From an uncultured Burkholderiales bacterium (lineage in GTDB: Bacteria; Pseudomonadota; Gammaproteobacteria; Burkholderiales; Burkholderiaceae_C): a DNA stretch of 64,000 bases. A program made the position numbers and the translations under genes. Below are positions 31,703 to 41,964 of this stretch, piece after piece (position 1 is the stretch's first letter; each line of letters opens with the position of its first letter). Below the pieces are notes generated by a model. It was given only the letters and a program-made list of their open reading frames with translations, was not told where the DNA came from and made no database searches. The stretch is taken from positions 6,823 to 70,822 of the forward strand of contig CAIQBO010000030.1 in the NCBI GenBank assembly GCA_903870145.1, read 5' to 3'.

Positions 31703-32968
31703 ATGCAACTGAGCGCTGCACACAAAGGTTTTCCTGGCCACTTGCCCACGATGGACCTGTCTCAAGTGGGTGCCCAATCTTGGGAAATTTTGCAAGGTGA
31801 TTTGCCGCTGCCACTGGCAGTGATCAAAGAATCTGCCTTGCAGCACAACTTGACATGGATGCAGGACTTTTGCCAATCACGCAGTTTAGACATTGCGCCG
31901 AACGGCAAAACCACCATGTCACCCGAGTTGTATGCACGACAACTGGCTGCAGGGGCTTGGGGGATCAGCTTTGCAACTGTTTTTCAGGCTGGTTTGGGTG
32001 CACGCCATGGCGTCAATCGCATCATCATTGCCAATCAAGTCTCCCAAGCAGCTGATCTTGACACTCTGAGCGCGATGCTGGAACACAACAAGGAACTGCA
32101 GATTTATTTTTTAATTGATTCGATTGCGCAATTGGAGGCTATAGAACAGTGGCGCAGAGACCGCAGCAGCAGCACAGTGTTCACCACTCTCTTGGAATTA
32201 GGCATTGATGGCAAACGAACAGGCTGCAGGACGCATGGGCAAGCCATTGCGTTGGCGGAAAAAATTCACCAAAGTCCTGCAGCACGTTTGTGCGGTATTG
32301 AATGTTACGAAGGCGCTTTGGCAACCTGCAACCACGCGCACGACTCAAACACTGTTGCCGCCTTGATGCACCGAGTGCAACAAGTTGCAATAGATTGCGA
32401 AGCCGCTGATTTTTTTGACAACGACGAGGTCTTGCTCACGGCAGGCGGCTCGGCAATTTTTGATTTGATTGCAAAAAATCTAAAACCCTATCTTCAACGC
32501 CCTGCACGCGGTATATTGCGCTCAGGTTGCTACCTCACCCACGATCACGTGTTTTATAAAAAAATGCTGCAATGCGTTGGGGAGCGCTTGCAGTTGCGCG
32601 AGACATTAAAACCCGCTCTGGAAGTCCTCAGCAGTGTTCAGTCTTGTCCTGAGCCCGGCTTGGCTTTGCTGAGTATGGGCAAACGGGATGTATCTTATGA
32701 CTTGAACATGCCGGTGCCTTTGTGGCGAGCCAAACTGGGTGACAGCAAAGTCTGTGAAGTGCCTTCGCATTGGGAAATTTTCGACCTGAACGATCAGCAC
32801 GCGTACCTCTGTTTCGATGCCCTCTCGCCCTCAAGCGAACACCCCCATGTGGGTCTTTTGGTGGGCAGCGGCATCTCTCACCCTTGTACCACTTTTGACA
32901 AATGGCGCTGGATGCCTGTAGTCAATGACAACTACCGCGTAGTGGATGCCATTTCAATTCACTTTTGA
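31703..32968 (+). CDS. PLP-dependent D-serine/D-amino-sugar-acid dehydratase (DSD1-like, amino acid deaminase)
   Basis: APNGKTTMSP (PLP Lys), GIECYEG, LRSGCYLTHD, GKRDVSYD, NDQH, GISHPCTTFDKW. Confidence 0.8.
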   Translation: MQLSAAHKGFPGHLPTMDLSQVGAQSWEILQGDLPLPLAVIKESALQHNLTWMQDFCQSRSLDIAPNGKTTMSPELYARQLAAGAWGISFATVFQAGLGARHGVNRIIIANQVSQAADLDTLSAMLEHNKELQIYFLIDSIAQLEAIEQWRRDRSSSTVFTTLLELGIDGKRTGCRTHGQAIALAEKIHQSPAARLCGIECYEGALATCNHAHDSNTVAALMHRVQQVAIDCEAADFFDNDEVLLTAGGSAIFDLIAKNLKPYLQRPARGILRSGCYLTHDHVFYKKMLQCVGERLQLRETLKPALEVLSSVQSCPEPGLALLSMGKRDVSYDLNMPVPLWRAKLGDSKVCEVPSHWEIFDLNDQHAYLCFDALSPSSEHPHVGLLVGSGISHPCTTFDKWRWMPVVNDNYRVVDAISIHF

Positions 32969-33007
32969 TAGCAGCAGCACGAAATCATCCGCTTCTTGAA
33001 AGTACAC

Positions 33008-34432
33008 ATGAAAAAAACCCTGTTGCGCAACGCCGTTTTCATTGATGGCACTGGCGCAGGCGCACGGCGATGCGACATTCTTCTCCAGGGTGATCGCGTT
33101 GCGGGCATAGGCGACGCACTTGCGTTGCCGTCCGACGAAACCATCGACTGCCAGGGCTTGACCCTGAGCCCCGGTTTTATCGATGTGCACACCCACGACG
33201 ATGCCCAAGTGCTGCGCGACCCCAGCATGTTGGCCAAAATATCACAAGGGGTCACCACCGTGATCACGGGCAATTGCGGCTTGTCTCTGGTGCCACTGAT
33301 CACCCAAAACCCAACCCCTCCTTTGGATCTTTTGCACACCACGGAGTTCAAATACCCCAGCATGGCCTTGTATGCACAAGCAGTCCGAGCCAGTGGTTCG
33401 GCCGTCAATGTGGGCGCATTGGTTGGGCACACGGCTTTGCGTGCGGCAGTGATGCCAGACTTGAGTCAAGCGGCCACCGATGCGCAAATCAAGCTCATGT
33501 CCTCGCATTTGGATGCCGCCATGCAAGAGGGGGCTTTGGGCATGTCATCAGGCTTGTTTTACAAACCGGCTGAAGGGGCCAATCTGCATGAAATGACATC
33601 TCTCGCGCGTGTTGTGGGTCACCACGGCGGTGTGTATGTCACGCATTTGCGAACAGAAATGGACGACATCATTGCCGCCATGCACGAGGCTGCACAAACA
33701 GCCAAGGTCGCACGCACGCCTTGGATTTTGTCTCATCACAAATGTGCCGGCCCAAAAAATTGGGGGCGCAGCATAGAAACGCTGGCTTTGCTTGAACGCC
33801 TAGGCCAATCGCAAGAAGTCGGCTTAGATGCCTATCCCTACACGGCTGGCTCTACACTTTTGCGCGAAGATTTGGTCGACGGCGTGATCCAGATTCTGAT
33901 CACGCGCAGTCAAACACACCCCGAAATGGCGGGTCGTTATTTGGAGGACATTGCGCAAACCTGGGGCGTGAGCCAACTGCAAGCTTGTCAGCGTTTGATG
34001 CCGGGGGGGGCCTGTTATTTTCAAATGCACGAGGAGGATGTCCGACGTATTTTGGCGCATCCTTTGACCATGATTGGCTCGGACGGTCTGCCTCATGACG
34101 AGAAACCCCACCCACGTTTATGGGGTGCCTTTGCGCGCGTTTTGGCACACTACTGCCGAGATGAAAAATTAATCAGTCTGCCCCAAGCCATCCACAAAAT
34201 GACGGGGCTATCAGCGCAGCGTTTTGGCCTGAAAGACCGAGGCGTCTTGCGGGAAGGCGCCTTTGCCGACCTGGTTTTGTTTGACCCTTTGGAAATTCAA
34301 GACAAAGCCAGCTACGAGCAACCCCATCAAATGTGCCAAGGCATTCACCGCGTGATGGTCAATGGGCAATGGGCATTTGCCAATGGCCAATCTCAAGGCA
34401 AGGGACAAGGCCGCTTCTTACCAAGGTCCTAA
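33008..34432 (+). CDS. N-acyl-D-amino-acid deacylase (D-aminoacylase)
   Basis: PGFIDVHTHDD, GNCG, THLR, SHHK, DAYPY, GSDG, HPRLWGAFARVL. Confidence 0.9.
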   Translation: MKKTLLRNAVFIDGTGAGARRCDILLQGDRVAGIGDALALPSDETIDCQGLTLSPGFIDVHTHDDAQVLRDPSMLAKISQGVTTVITGNCGLSLVPLITQNPTPPLDLLHTTEFKYPSMALYAQAVRASGSAVNVGALVGHTALRAAVMPDLSQAATDAQIKLMSSHLDAAMQEGALGMSSGLFYKPAEGANLHEMTSLARVVGHHGGVYVTHLRTEMDDIIAAMHEAAQTAKVARTPWILSHHKCAGPKNWGRSIETLALLERLGQSQEVGLDAYPYTAGSTLLREDLVDGVIQILITRSQTHPEMAGRYLEDIAQTWGVSQLQACQRLMPGGACYFQMHEEDVRRILAHPLTMIGSDGLPHDEKPHPRLWGAFARVLAHYCRDEKLISLPQAIHKMTGLSAQRFGLKDRGVLREGAFADLVLFDPLEIQDKASYEQPHQMCQGIHRVMVNGQWAFANGQSQGKGQGRFLPRS

Positions 34433-34453
34433 GGTTTGGCGCTCTCCAGAGCA

Positions 34454-35362
34454 TCAACCTCGCGGATGGTGTTTCGCGTGTAAATTTTTCAAACGCTCGC
34501 GCGCCACATGCGTGTAGATGGTGGTGGTTGAAATATCGGCATGGCCCAGCAAGACTTGCACCGATCGCAAGTCAGCGCCGTGGTTGAGCAAGTGTGTGGC
34601 AAAAGCGTGGCGCAAAGTGTGCGGCGACAAAGGCGCCGTGATCCCAGCCACAACTGCATAGCGCTTGATCAACTGCCAAAACATGACGCGCGACATGGCG
34701 CTGCCAGCCTTGGGGCCGCTGACCGTCACAAACAAATCATCCGTCTGTTTACCGCCCAACAGCGCAGGCCGCGCAGTTTGCAAATAAAGCTGTAAGCTGT
34801 CGCGTGCCATGTCTCCAAACGGCACCAGTCTTTCTTTGCTGCCTTTGCCCATGATGCGCAGCACGCCATCGTTCAGCGAGACATGCAAAGTTTTCAGCCC
34901 CACCAACTCCGTCACGCGCAATCCGCTGGCGTAGAGCAGCTCCAGCATGGCCTTGTCGCGCAGGCCCAAAGCCGTATCCACATCTGGTGCACTGAGCAAA
35001 GCATCCACTTGGTCTTGCGACAAAGTCTTAGGCACACGCAATGCCTGCTTGGCCGCAAGCATGCGCAATGTGGGATCGATCAGCACCACCCGCTCTCGCA
35101 AAGCCCAGCGGAAATAGCGCTTGAAAACGGTCAACCTGCGGTTGGCTGAAGTTGCGCGCGTTTGAGTGTGGCGAGATGCAAAATAAGCTTGCAATTGAGC
35201 CTCTGTGGTCTCTTCCAGCGATGTGCCGGCTCTGGCCAACAGCCACTCACACAGGGCCGTTAAATCGCGCCGGTAAGCCAGCAAGGTGTTGGCAGAAAGG
35301 CCGTCTTCGAGCCAAACCGCATCGATGAACTGGTCGATCGCAGTTTGGCCGGGCATGTGCAT
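34454..35362 (-). CDS. xerD: Site-specific tyrosine recombinase XerD
   Basis: WLEDGLSANTLLAYRRDL, LRDKAMLELLYASGLRVTEL, GKGSKERLVP, SPHTLRHAFATHLLNHGADLR.VQ.LLGH, TTIYTHV. Confidence 0.95.
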   Translation of the reverse strand: MHMPGQTAIDQFIDAVWLEDGLSANTLLAYRRDLTALCEWLLARAGTSLEETTEAQLQAYFASRHTQTRATSANRRLTVFKRYFRWALRERVVLIDPTLRMLAAKQALRVPKTLSQDQVDALLSAPDVDTALGLRDKAMLELLYASGLRVTELVGLKTLHVSLNDGVLRIMGKGSKERLVPFGDMARDSLQLYLQTARPALLGGKQTDDLFVTVSGPKAGSAMSRVMFWQLIKRYAVVAGITAPLSPHTLRHAFATHLLNHGADLRSVQVLLGHADISTTTIYTHVARERLKNLHAKHHPRG

Positions 35363-36327
35363 CAATCTAGCTTGAGGTTCTGGGTTTCTACTACTTTTTT
35401 ATAGACCTCAAATTCGGCTTTGATTTGCGCTGCAAATTGCTCTGGCGTATTGGCCACAATCAACGAGCCGGTGTCTTCAATGCGTTTGCGCACTGCTGGA
35501 TCTTCCAAGGCTTTTTTCACCCCTGAACTGATTTTCTCAACCACCTCTTTAGGCAAAGCCTTAGGGCCCAAAATGCCGTAATAAGCCATTCGGTTGACCG
35601 GCTCCAAGCCAACTTCTTTGAAGGTTGGCACATTGGGCAATTGCGGCAAGCGCTGGGGCGCTGCCACCACAATGGCAATCAATTTTCCAGTTTGGATGAA
35701 TGGCAAGGCTGAGGGCATATTGTCAAAAATAATGGGGACCTGCCCTGCCACCGTGTCATTCAATGCCGGCCCGGCACCACGGTATGGAATATGCGTGATG
35801 AACACGCCAGCCAAACCTTTCCACAACTCCGTTTGCAAGTGCCCAATGCCACCCGTGCCTGAAGATGAGTAAGAATATTTGCCTGGATTTTTTTTCAATT
35901 CAGCCACAAAATCTTTGTAATTTCGAGCCGGAAAGCTCGGGTGCACCGCAATCACATTGGGCGTGGCCGCAATGTTGATGATGGGCGTGAAGTCGGTCAC
36001 TGGGTTGTAGGGAATTTTGGTGTTGATGGCCGGGTTGGCTGCAGTGGTAGAAACTGTGGCCATGCCCAGCGAATAACCATCGGGCGCTGAACGAACCGTT
36101 TCGTTGGCCCCTACCACGCCACCGCCGCCAGCTTTGTTTTCCACAATCACCGACTGGCCCAAGGCCTTGCCTAAAGGCTCAGCAATGACACGCGCAACAA
36201 TGTCCGTGGTGCCGCCTGGTGCAAAGGGCACTTGAAGGCGAATCACCTTATTGGGGTAAGTTTGTGCAAACGCAGAACCCATGACCAGACAGGTCAGGCC
36301 CAGTGCAATCCATTGACGACGGAACAT
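35362..36327 (-). CDS. Tripartite tricarboxylate transporter substrate-binding protein (Bug family)
   Basis: [41 protein letters not shown]; start MFRRQW at 36327; TGATG coupling to xerD. Confidence 0.92.
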   Translation of the reverse strand: MFRRQWIALGLTCLVMGSAFAQTYPNKVIRLQVPFAPGGTTDIVARVIAEPLGKALGQSVIVENKAGGGGVVGANETVRSAPDGYSLGMATVSTTAANPAINTKIPYNPVTDFTPIINIAATPNVIAVHPSFPARNYKDFVAELKKNPGKYSYSSSGTGGIGHLQTELWKGLAGVFITHIPYRGAGPALNDTVAGQVPIIFDNMPSALPFIQTGKLIAIVVAAPQRLPQLPNVPTFKEVGLEPVNRMAYYGILGPKALPKEVVEKISSGVKKALEDPAVRKRIEDTGSLIVANTPEQFAAQIKAEFEVYKKVVETQNLKLD

Positions 36328-36389
36328 GAAAACTCCAATTGATGTGAACTGCCTGATCATAAGCAAACTTTGCATCAGCAAACTGTGAT

Positions 36390-37511
36390 TCACCCTTTTG
36401 GTGCGTAGCGTGCCAATGACCATTGAATCTGCTCTTGCACCACGCTGTCGGGGTGCTGCTCCCACTTTTGCAATCCTGAACGCAAAGCCAGTGCCAAAGC
36501 CTTGGTTGGGCCGGCCGACAAAGCGTTGCCAGCAGCCAAAGCCACATTGCGCAGCCACCTGGCGTGGCCAATTCTGCGAATCGCACTGCCTTGTGTGTGA
36601 TGCAAAAAAGCAACCTCGTCCCAATCGAGCAATGTCACCAGTTGCGCAGACACAAAGGGAGCACGGGCATCAAAGTCAGGCAGCGTGCTGCGCTTGGCAA
36701 ATTTATTCCAAGGACATACCCACTGGCAATCGTCACAGCCATAAATGCGGTTTCCTATCAAAGGCCTCAGCTCAAGTGGAATCGGCCCGGCATGCTCAAT
36801 CGTCAGGTACGAAATGCAGCGCCTGGCATCCAATTTTTCTGGTCCCACGATGGCCCCGGTTGGGCACGCATCTATGCAGGCGGTGCAAGTGCCGCAATGC
36901 GCAGATACCAGTGGGGTTGCGGGCAAGGCCAGGTCCACAAAAAGCTCACCCAGGAAGAAGAAAGATCCCGCGTCACGCTCCAACACCAAGGTATTTTTGC
37001 CTCGCCAACCCAAGCCACTGCGCACGGCCAATTGGGCTTCCATCACAGGCGCAGAATCGGTGAAAACACGGTGCCCAAAGGGCCCCATGCGCTGGGCCAT
37101 GAAATCTTGTAATTTTTGCAATTTGCTGCGCAAGACCTTGTGGTAATCCCGGCCGCGGGCATAAACTGAAATCACGGCTTCACCTGTGTGGCGAAGTTTT
37201 GCCAATTCTTGCTGCGCATCCATGTGCGGCAAGTTTGCTGGCAGATAATCCAACCTTGCCGTTATCACACTGACAGTGCCTGGCACCAATTGGGCGGGCC
37301 TGGCGCGTTTCATGCCGTGGCTTGCCATATAGTTCATGCTGCCGTGAAAGCCGGCCTCTAGCCAAGCCTTCAACCCGGGCTCGGCATCCGATAAATTCAC
37401 ACCGGTTACGCCAATTTGAGAAAATCCCAGTTGCGCAGCCTGAACTTGCACCTGCGCCCACAAGGCGCTCGCGTCCAAAGGTTTTGAAAGAGGTAGATGA
37501 ACAGTGCTCAC
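36390..37511 (-). CDS. queG: Epoxyqueuosine reductase (cobalamin, 2x4Fe-4S)
   Basis: [58 protein letters not shown]; start inferred at GTG 37511. Confidence 0.93.
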   Translation of the reverse strand: MSTVHLPLSKPLDASALWAQVQVQAAQLGFSQIGVTGVNLSDAEPGLKAWLEAGFHGSMNYMASHGMKRARPAQLVPGTVSVITARLDYLPANLPHMDAQQELAKLRHTGEAVISVYARGRDYHKVLRSKLQKLQDFMAQRMGPFGHRVFTDSAPVMEAQLAVRSGLGWRGKNTLVLERDAGSFFFLGELFVDLALPATPLVSAHCGTCTACIDACPTGAIVGPEKLDARRCISYLTIEHAGPIPLELRPLIGNRIYGCDDCQWVCPWNKFAKRSTLPDFDARAPFVSAQLVTLLDWDEVAFLHHTQGSAIRRIGHARWLRNVALAAGNALSAGPTKALALALRSGLQKWEQHPDSVVQEQIQWSLARYAPKG

Positions 37512-38063
37512 ACGCCGATTGTAGGAACTGCCGCGCAAAGCGTCCGGGCGGCTTGTCTGTGGGCCAATCTCGAGGACACCCAGCGCTTTGCAGCGGCCCT
37601 GGCGCTGCAAAGCCCCTTGCGCAATGCTTTCGTTGCACTGCAAGGTGATTTGGGCGCAGGCAAAACCAGCTTTGTGCGCTTGTTGCTTCAATCTCTGGGG
37701 GTTCAAGGCCACATCAAAAGCCCTACCTACGCGGTGGTAGAACCTCACGAAGTGCTGCCCACATCAGAGGGGCAAAAAGCCTTGTCGATCTGGCATTTTG
37801 ATTTCTACCGATTCAACGATCCTCTCGAATGGGAAGACGCTGGTTTTCGAGACTTGTTTGCCAGCGAGGGCTTGAAGCTCGCAGAGTGGCCAGAAAAAGC
37901 CCACGGCATGCTGCCCATTGCAGATCTTCACCTGTCTCTGACTGTTTTACCAGACCAGTCGCGCCAAGTTCAATGCCAAGCCATGAGCGAGCGCGGAAAG
38001 CTCATTTTGCTTGGGCTGCAAGCCATTTACCCCAGCCTCCATCAGATCGACCATGCGCCTTAA
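37497..38063 (+). CDS. tsaE: tRNA threonylcarbamoyladenosine biosynthesis ATPase
   Basis: GDLGAGKT, KSPTYAVVE, HFDFYRF, AEWPE. Confidence 0.95.
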   Translation: MNSAHTPIVGTAAQSVRAACLWANLEDTQRFAAALALQSPLRNAFVALQGDLGAGKTSFVRLLLQSLGVQGHIKSPTYAVVEPHEVLPTSEGQKALSIWHFDFYRFNDPLEWEDAGFRDLFASEGLKLAEWPEKAHGMLPIADLHLSLTVLPDQSRQVQCQAMSERGKLILLGLQAIYPSLHQIDHAP

Positions 38064-39330
38064 CCGACGACATTGGCTTGAACTGGCTGGGCTTTCGCTG
38101 AGTTTGACTTGGACCAACATCGGCCGCGCTGCCAGTCTTTTGGCAGTTCGTGTCTGGCCTGCCAAAGACTACACCCGGGTGACTTTGGAGTCGGACGTTG
38201 CGCTCAAAACCAAGTACACCTTCGTGGCTTCACCACCCCGATTGGCCATCGACATAGAAGGCTTGGAATTGAACCCGGCGATCAAAGAATGGATCGGAAA
38301 AATTCGCCCAGATGATCCCAACATCACGGGCGTGCGGGTGGCGCAAAATAGCAAAGACGTGGTGCGCATGGTGTTTGATTTGAAGCAAACCGTAGAGCCT
38401 CAAGTCTTTGCTCTGACGCCGGTGGCCAGTTACCAGCACCGCTTGGTATTGGACCTGTACCCCAGTAAACCAGCAGACCCCTTAGAGAGTTGGATTGCCG
38501 AGCGTTTTCAAAACACCGACCCCTTGGGCGACTGGCTCAAACAGCAACCTGGCACGAACAGCGCCCGACCTCGTCCCAATGAGAACAAGGCCGGAAAAGC
38601 GCCCACAGACCGCTTGATTGTGGTGGCTTTAGATCCCGGCCATGGCGGCGAAGATCCCGGCGCGATTGGCCCCAACGGCACGCGAGAAAAAGACGTGGTG
38701 CTTCAAATTTCACTCAAACTGCGCGAGCGCCTGAACGCCATGACGGTCAATGGCAACCCCATGCGCGCCTACTTGACGCGCGATGCCGATTTTTTTGTAC
38801 CCTTGCATGTGCGGGTTCAAAAAGCCCGCAAAGTACAAGCAGATTTATTTGTGAGCGTGCATGCCGATGCTTTCTTCACACCCCAAGCCCAAGGCGCCAG
38901 TGTTTTTGCTTTGAGTCAAGGGGCCGCATCCAGCAGTGCTGCCCGCTGGATGGCCAACCAAGAAAACAAAGCCGACTTGATCGGCGGCGTTAATTTAGGC
39001 ATCAAAGACAGCCATGTCCAACAGGCCTTGCTCGACATGAGCACCACCGCGCAAATCAAAGACAGTCTGCATTTGGGCGGCGCCTTGTTGCAAGCTATCG
39101 GCGGCGTTGGGAAACTTCACAAACCCAAGGTGGAGCAAGCTGGATTTGCGGTGCTCAAAGCTCCTGACATGCCCAGTGTTTTGGTTGAAACAGCCTTCAT
39201 CAGCAACCCACAAGAAGAAGCTAAATTATCTGACCCAAACTATCAAAACAACATGGCCGATGCGTTGGCGCTGGGCATCCAAAAATACTTTCAGCGCAAC
39301 CCACCGTTGGCTCAAAAAAGTTCGACCTGA
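38053..39330 (+). CDS. amiC: N-acetylmuramoyl-L-alanine amidase (AMIN + Amidase_3, Tat-type signal)
   Basis: NRRHWL twin-arginine; VRVWPAKDYTRVT; LDPGHGGEDPGA, SVHADA, VLVETAFISN. Confidence 0.92.
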   Translation: MRLNRRHWLELAGLSLSLTWTNIGRAASLLAVRVWPAKDYTRVTLESDVALKTKYTFVASPPRLAIDIEGLELNPAIKEWIGKIRPDDPNITGVRVAQNSKDVVRMVFDLKQTVEPQVFALTPVASYQHRLVLDLYPSKPADPLESWIAERFQNTDPLGDWLKQQPGTNSARPRPNENKAGKAPTDRLIVVALDPGHGGEDPGAIGPNGTREKDVVLQISLKLRERLNAMTVNGNPMRAYLTRDADFFVPLHVRVQKARKVQADLFVSVHADAFFTPQAQGASVFALSQGAASSSAARWMANQENKADLIGGVNLGIKDSHVQQALLDMSTTAQIKDSLHLGGALLQAIGGVGKLHKPKVEQAGFAVLKAPDMPSVLVETAFISNPQEEAKLSDPNYQNNMADALALGIQKYFQRNPPLAQKSST

Positions 39331-39355
39331 GCCGGCTGCGATCAGTTGTAGCAAG

Positions 39356-39991
39356 TTATTTTTTCTGCGCTCGCCAAGCACCCCACATCGCCAACAGCCC
39401 AGGAATAAAAATCATGGCCCAAATGATTTTGCTCAAGTTGGCTTGAACCCAAGCAGTGTTGCCAAACAGGTAACCCGTCAAGGTCAGGCTAATCACCCAC
39501 AGCAAACCACCTGCCACATTGAAATAAACAAAGCGTGAAGGGGTCATCTCTGCTACACCGGCTACAAACGGCACGAATGTTCTTATGAACGGCATGAAGC
39601 GCGCCAGCACAATCGTGATGCCGCCGTACTGCTCATAAAACGCGTGGGCTCGCTCAAAGGCATTGCGATTGAAAAAATGGGAGTTCTCCCATTGAAAAAC
39701 TTTGGGGCCAAAGTGCCGTCCGATTCGGTAATTCAACTGGTCACCACTAATGGCTGCCAGCGCCAACAGGCCCATCACCAAAGGCAGGTTCATCAACCCG
39801 GCGCCGCACAAAGTGCCTGTAACAAACAACAGGGAGTCACCAGGCAAAAATGGCATCACAACCAAGCCGGTTTCAACGAACACAATCAAAAACAGCAAAG
39901 CATAGACCCAAACGCCATATTGGGTCACGAAAGTTTCTAAGTGGCGGTCAACGTGAATCACGAAGTCCAGCAGTTGCATCAAAATGTCCAT
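39356..39991 (-). CDS. DedA family membrane protein
   Basis: VFVETGLVVMPFLPGDSLLF, ARFMPFIRTFVPFVAG. Confidence 0.93.
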   Translation of the reverse strand: MDILMQLLDFVIHVDRHLETFVTQYGVWVYALLFLIVFVETGLVVMPFLPGDSLLFVTGTLCGAGLMNLPLVMGLLALAAISGDQLNYRIGRHFGPKVFQWENSHFFNRNAFERAHAFYEQYGGITIVLARFMPFIRTFVPFVAGVAEMTPSRFVYFNVAGGLLWVISLTLTGYLFGNTAWVQANLSKIIWAMIFIPGLLAMWGAWRAQKK

Positions 39992-40092
39992 GCAGGGATT
40001 ATCCCTGTCCTTGCGGCTGCCGGTTTGCCTGCTCGGGCCTTGAACGCCTACAATTTGAGGTTATTGCAAACCCACCAGCGTATCGCCTTGCC

Positions 40093-41964
40093 TTGACCTC
40101 TCCAAGCCCAGCCCCAACCCCCCGAAAAACCATTCGCGAACTGCCCGATGCGTTGATCAGCCAAATCGCGGCCGGTGAAGTCGTTGAGCGCCCTGCCTCG
40201 GTGGTGCGCGAATTGGTTGACAACGCTCTGGACGCCGGTGCCCGCCACATCACGCTGCGTTTATTGGGCGGCGGGGTGCGTTTGATAGCCGTTGAAGATG
40301 ACGGCGGCGGCATTGACCCCGAAGAACTGCCTGTGGCCTTGAAACGCCATGCCACCAGCAAAATCAGCAGCCTGGAAGATTTGGAATCGGTGGCCACCAT
40401 GGGCTTTCGGGGCGAGGCTTTGGCCGCCATCAATTCGGTCTCTGAATTGAGCCTGCTGTCTCGTACTGAAGGCCAGTCCAGCGCTTTTTTATTGGACGGT
40501 CAAACGGGCGAATTGAGCCCTGCTGCGCGTGCCATTGGCACCACGGTGGAAGTCAAAGAATTATTTTTCTCAACGCCTGCACGGCGCAAATTTCTCAAGT
40601 CCGACAGCACCGAGTTGGCCCATTGCATAGAAGCCGTCAGGCGCCATGCACTGGCCCGCCCAGAGGTTAACTTTGCCATTTGGCACGAAGGAAAATTGAT
40701 CGAGCAGTGGCGCAGCCACCCCGGTGAAGCCGGTTGGCGCCAGCGTTTGGCTGACGTTTTGGGGGAAGATTTTGTCTCTTCCTCGGTGGCCATTGATTAC
40801 CGATCGGGGCCCATTCATATCAGCGGCCGCGCAGGCACCCCCGATGTGGCCAGAGCTCGAGCAGATCAGCAATTTACTTATGTCAACGGCCGATTTGTAC
40901 GCGACAAAGTGATCACGCATGGCGCGCGCAGTGCTTATGAAGACGTACTGCACGGACAGCGCCAACCGGTTTATGTCTTGTATGTGCAGATCGACCCGAC
41001 CCGTGTGGATGTCAACGTGCACCCCACCAAAATTGAAGTGCGCTTTCGAGACAGCCGCGAAGTCCACCAAACCATGCGCCATGCCATCGAGAGTGCGCTG
41101 GCGGTGCCGCGTGCTCACATGCATGAGGTCAACCCTGCGTTGGCAGATTTTTCAGTGCCCCCAGCGCTCCCACTTGCAGCGCCCAACGCCACCTGGGCTC
41201 AGCGCGGCATGCACTTTGACCCAGCCCGTGCGCAAGAGGACCCGGCACGTGCCATGGCCGAACTCAAAGCCTTGTGGGGCTCACCCCTGCGCGCCGAAGA
41301 AACCTCCGCAAACTACATATCAGCAACGACAAGCCTCGCCCCAACACCCCCAGTCAAACAAGAACTCACACCCGAACAAACATGGCCTTTGGGCCGCGCG
41401 CTGGCGCAATTGCAAGGCGTTTATATCCTTGCAGAAAACAGCCAGGGCCTGGTGCTGGTGGACATGCACGCCGCGCATGAGCGCATTGTGTATGAGCGTT
41501 TGAAGCACCAACTCGATAGCACTCAAATTCTCAGTCAACCCCTGCTCATTCCCACTTCTTTTGCCGCTACTGCACAAGAAATTGCCACCTGCGAAAGTTG
41601 CTCAGACGTGCTGCAACAACTGGGCTTGGAAATCTCTGCGCTGTCCGCCAAAACACTGGCCGTACGCGCTGTTCCTGCCTCTTTAGCCCAAGGCGATGCA
41701 GTTGAATTGGCGCGCAGCGTGTTGGCCGAACTGGCCCAGCACGACGCTGCCACCGTGGTGCAACGCGCTCAAAATGAAATTTTGGCCACCATGGCCTGCC
41801 ACGGCGCAGTGCGCGCCAACCGCAAACTGACACTGGAAGAAATGAACGCTCTGCTCAGGCAAATGGAAGAGACCGAACGCTCCGACCAATGCAACCACGG
41901 GCGTCCTACTTGGCGCCAAATTTCGATGCGTGAACTCGACGCCCTGTTTCTGCGAGGACGTTGA
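40093..41964 (+). CDS. mutL: DNA mismatch repair protein MutL
   Basis: QIAAGEVVERPASVV.ELVDNALDAG, RHATSKI, GFRGEAL, DMHAAHERI, ACH, CNHGRPT; start approximate (TTG 40093). Confidence 0.95.
   Translation: MTSPSPAPTPRKTIRELPDALISQIAAGEVVERPASVVRELVDNALDAGARHITLRLLGGGVRLIAVEDDGGGIDPEELPVALKRHATSKISSLEDLESVATMGFRGEALAAINSVSELSLLSRTEGQSSAFLLDGQTGELSPAARAIGTTVEVKELFFSTPARRKFLKSDSTELAHCIEAVRRHALARPEVNFAIWHEGKLIEQWRSHPGEAGWRQRLADVLGEDFVSSSVAIDYRSGPIHISGRAGTPDVARARADQQFTYVNGRFVRDKVITHGARSAYEDVLHGQRQPVYVLYVQIDPTRVDVNVHPTKIEVRFRDSREVHQTMRHAIESALAVPRAHMHEVNPALADFSVPPALPLAAPNATWAQRGMHFDPARAQEDPARAMAELKALWGSPLRAEETSANYISATTSLAPTPPVKQELTPEQTWPLGRALAQLQGVYILAENSQGLVLVDMHAAHERIVYERLKHQLDSTQILSQPLLIPTSFAATAQEIATCESCSDVLQQLGLEISALSAKTLAVRAVPASLAQGDAVELARSVLAELAQHDAATVVQRAQNEILATMACHGAVRANRKLTLEEMNALLRQMEETERSDQCNHGRPTWRQISMRELDALFLRGR

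Noticed and set aside
34454-35362. Tyrosine recombinase as a possible integrase for the adjacent accessory block
   Set aside because: The sequence is canonical chromosomal XerD, coupled to a Bug gene; no att-like repeats or dif-like site seen at 34433-34453.
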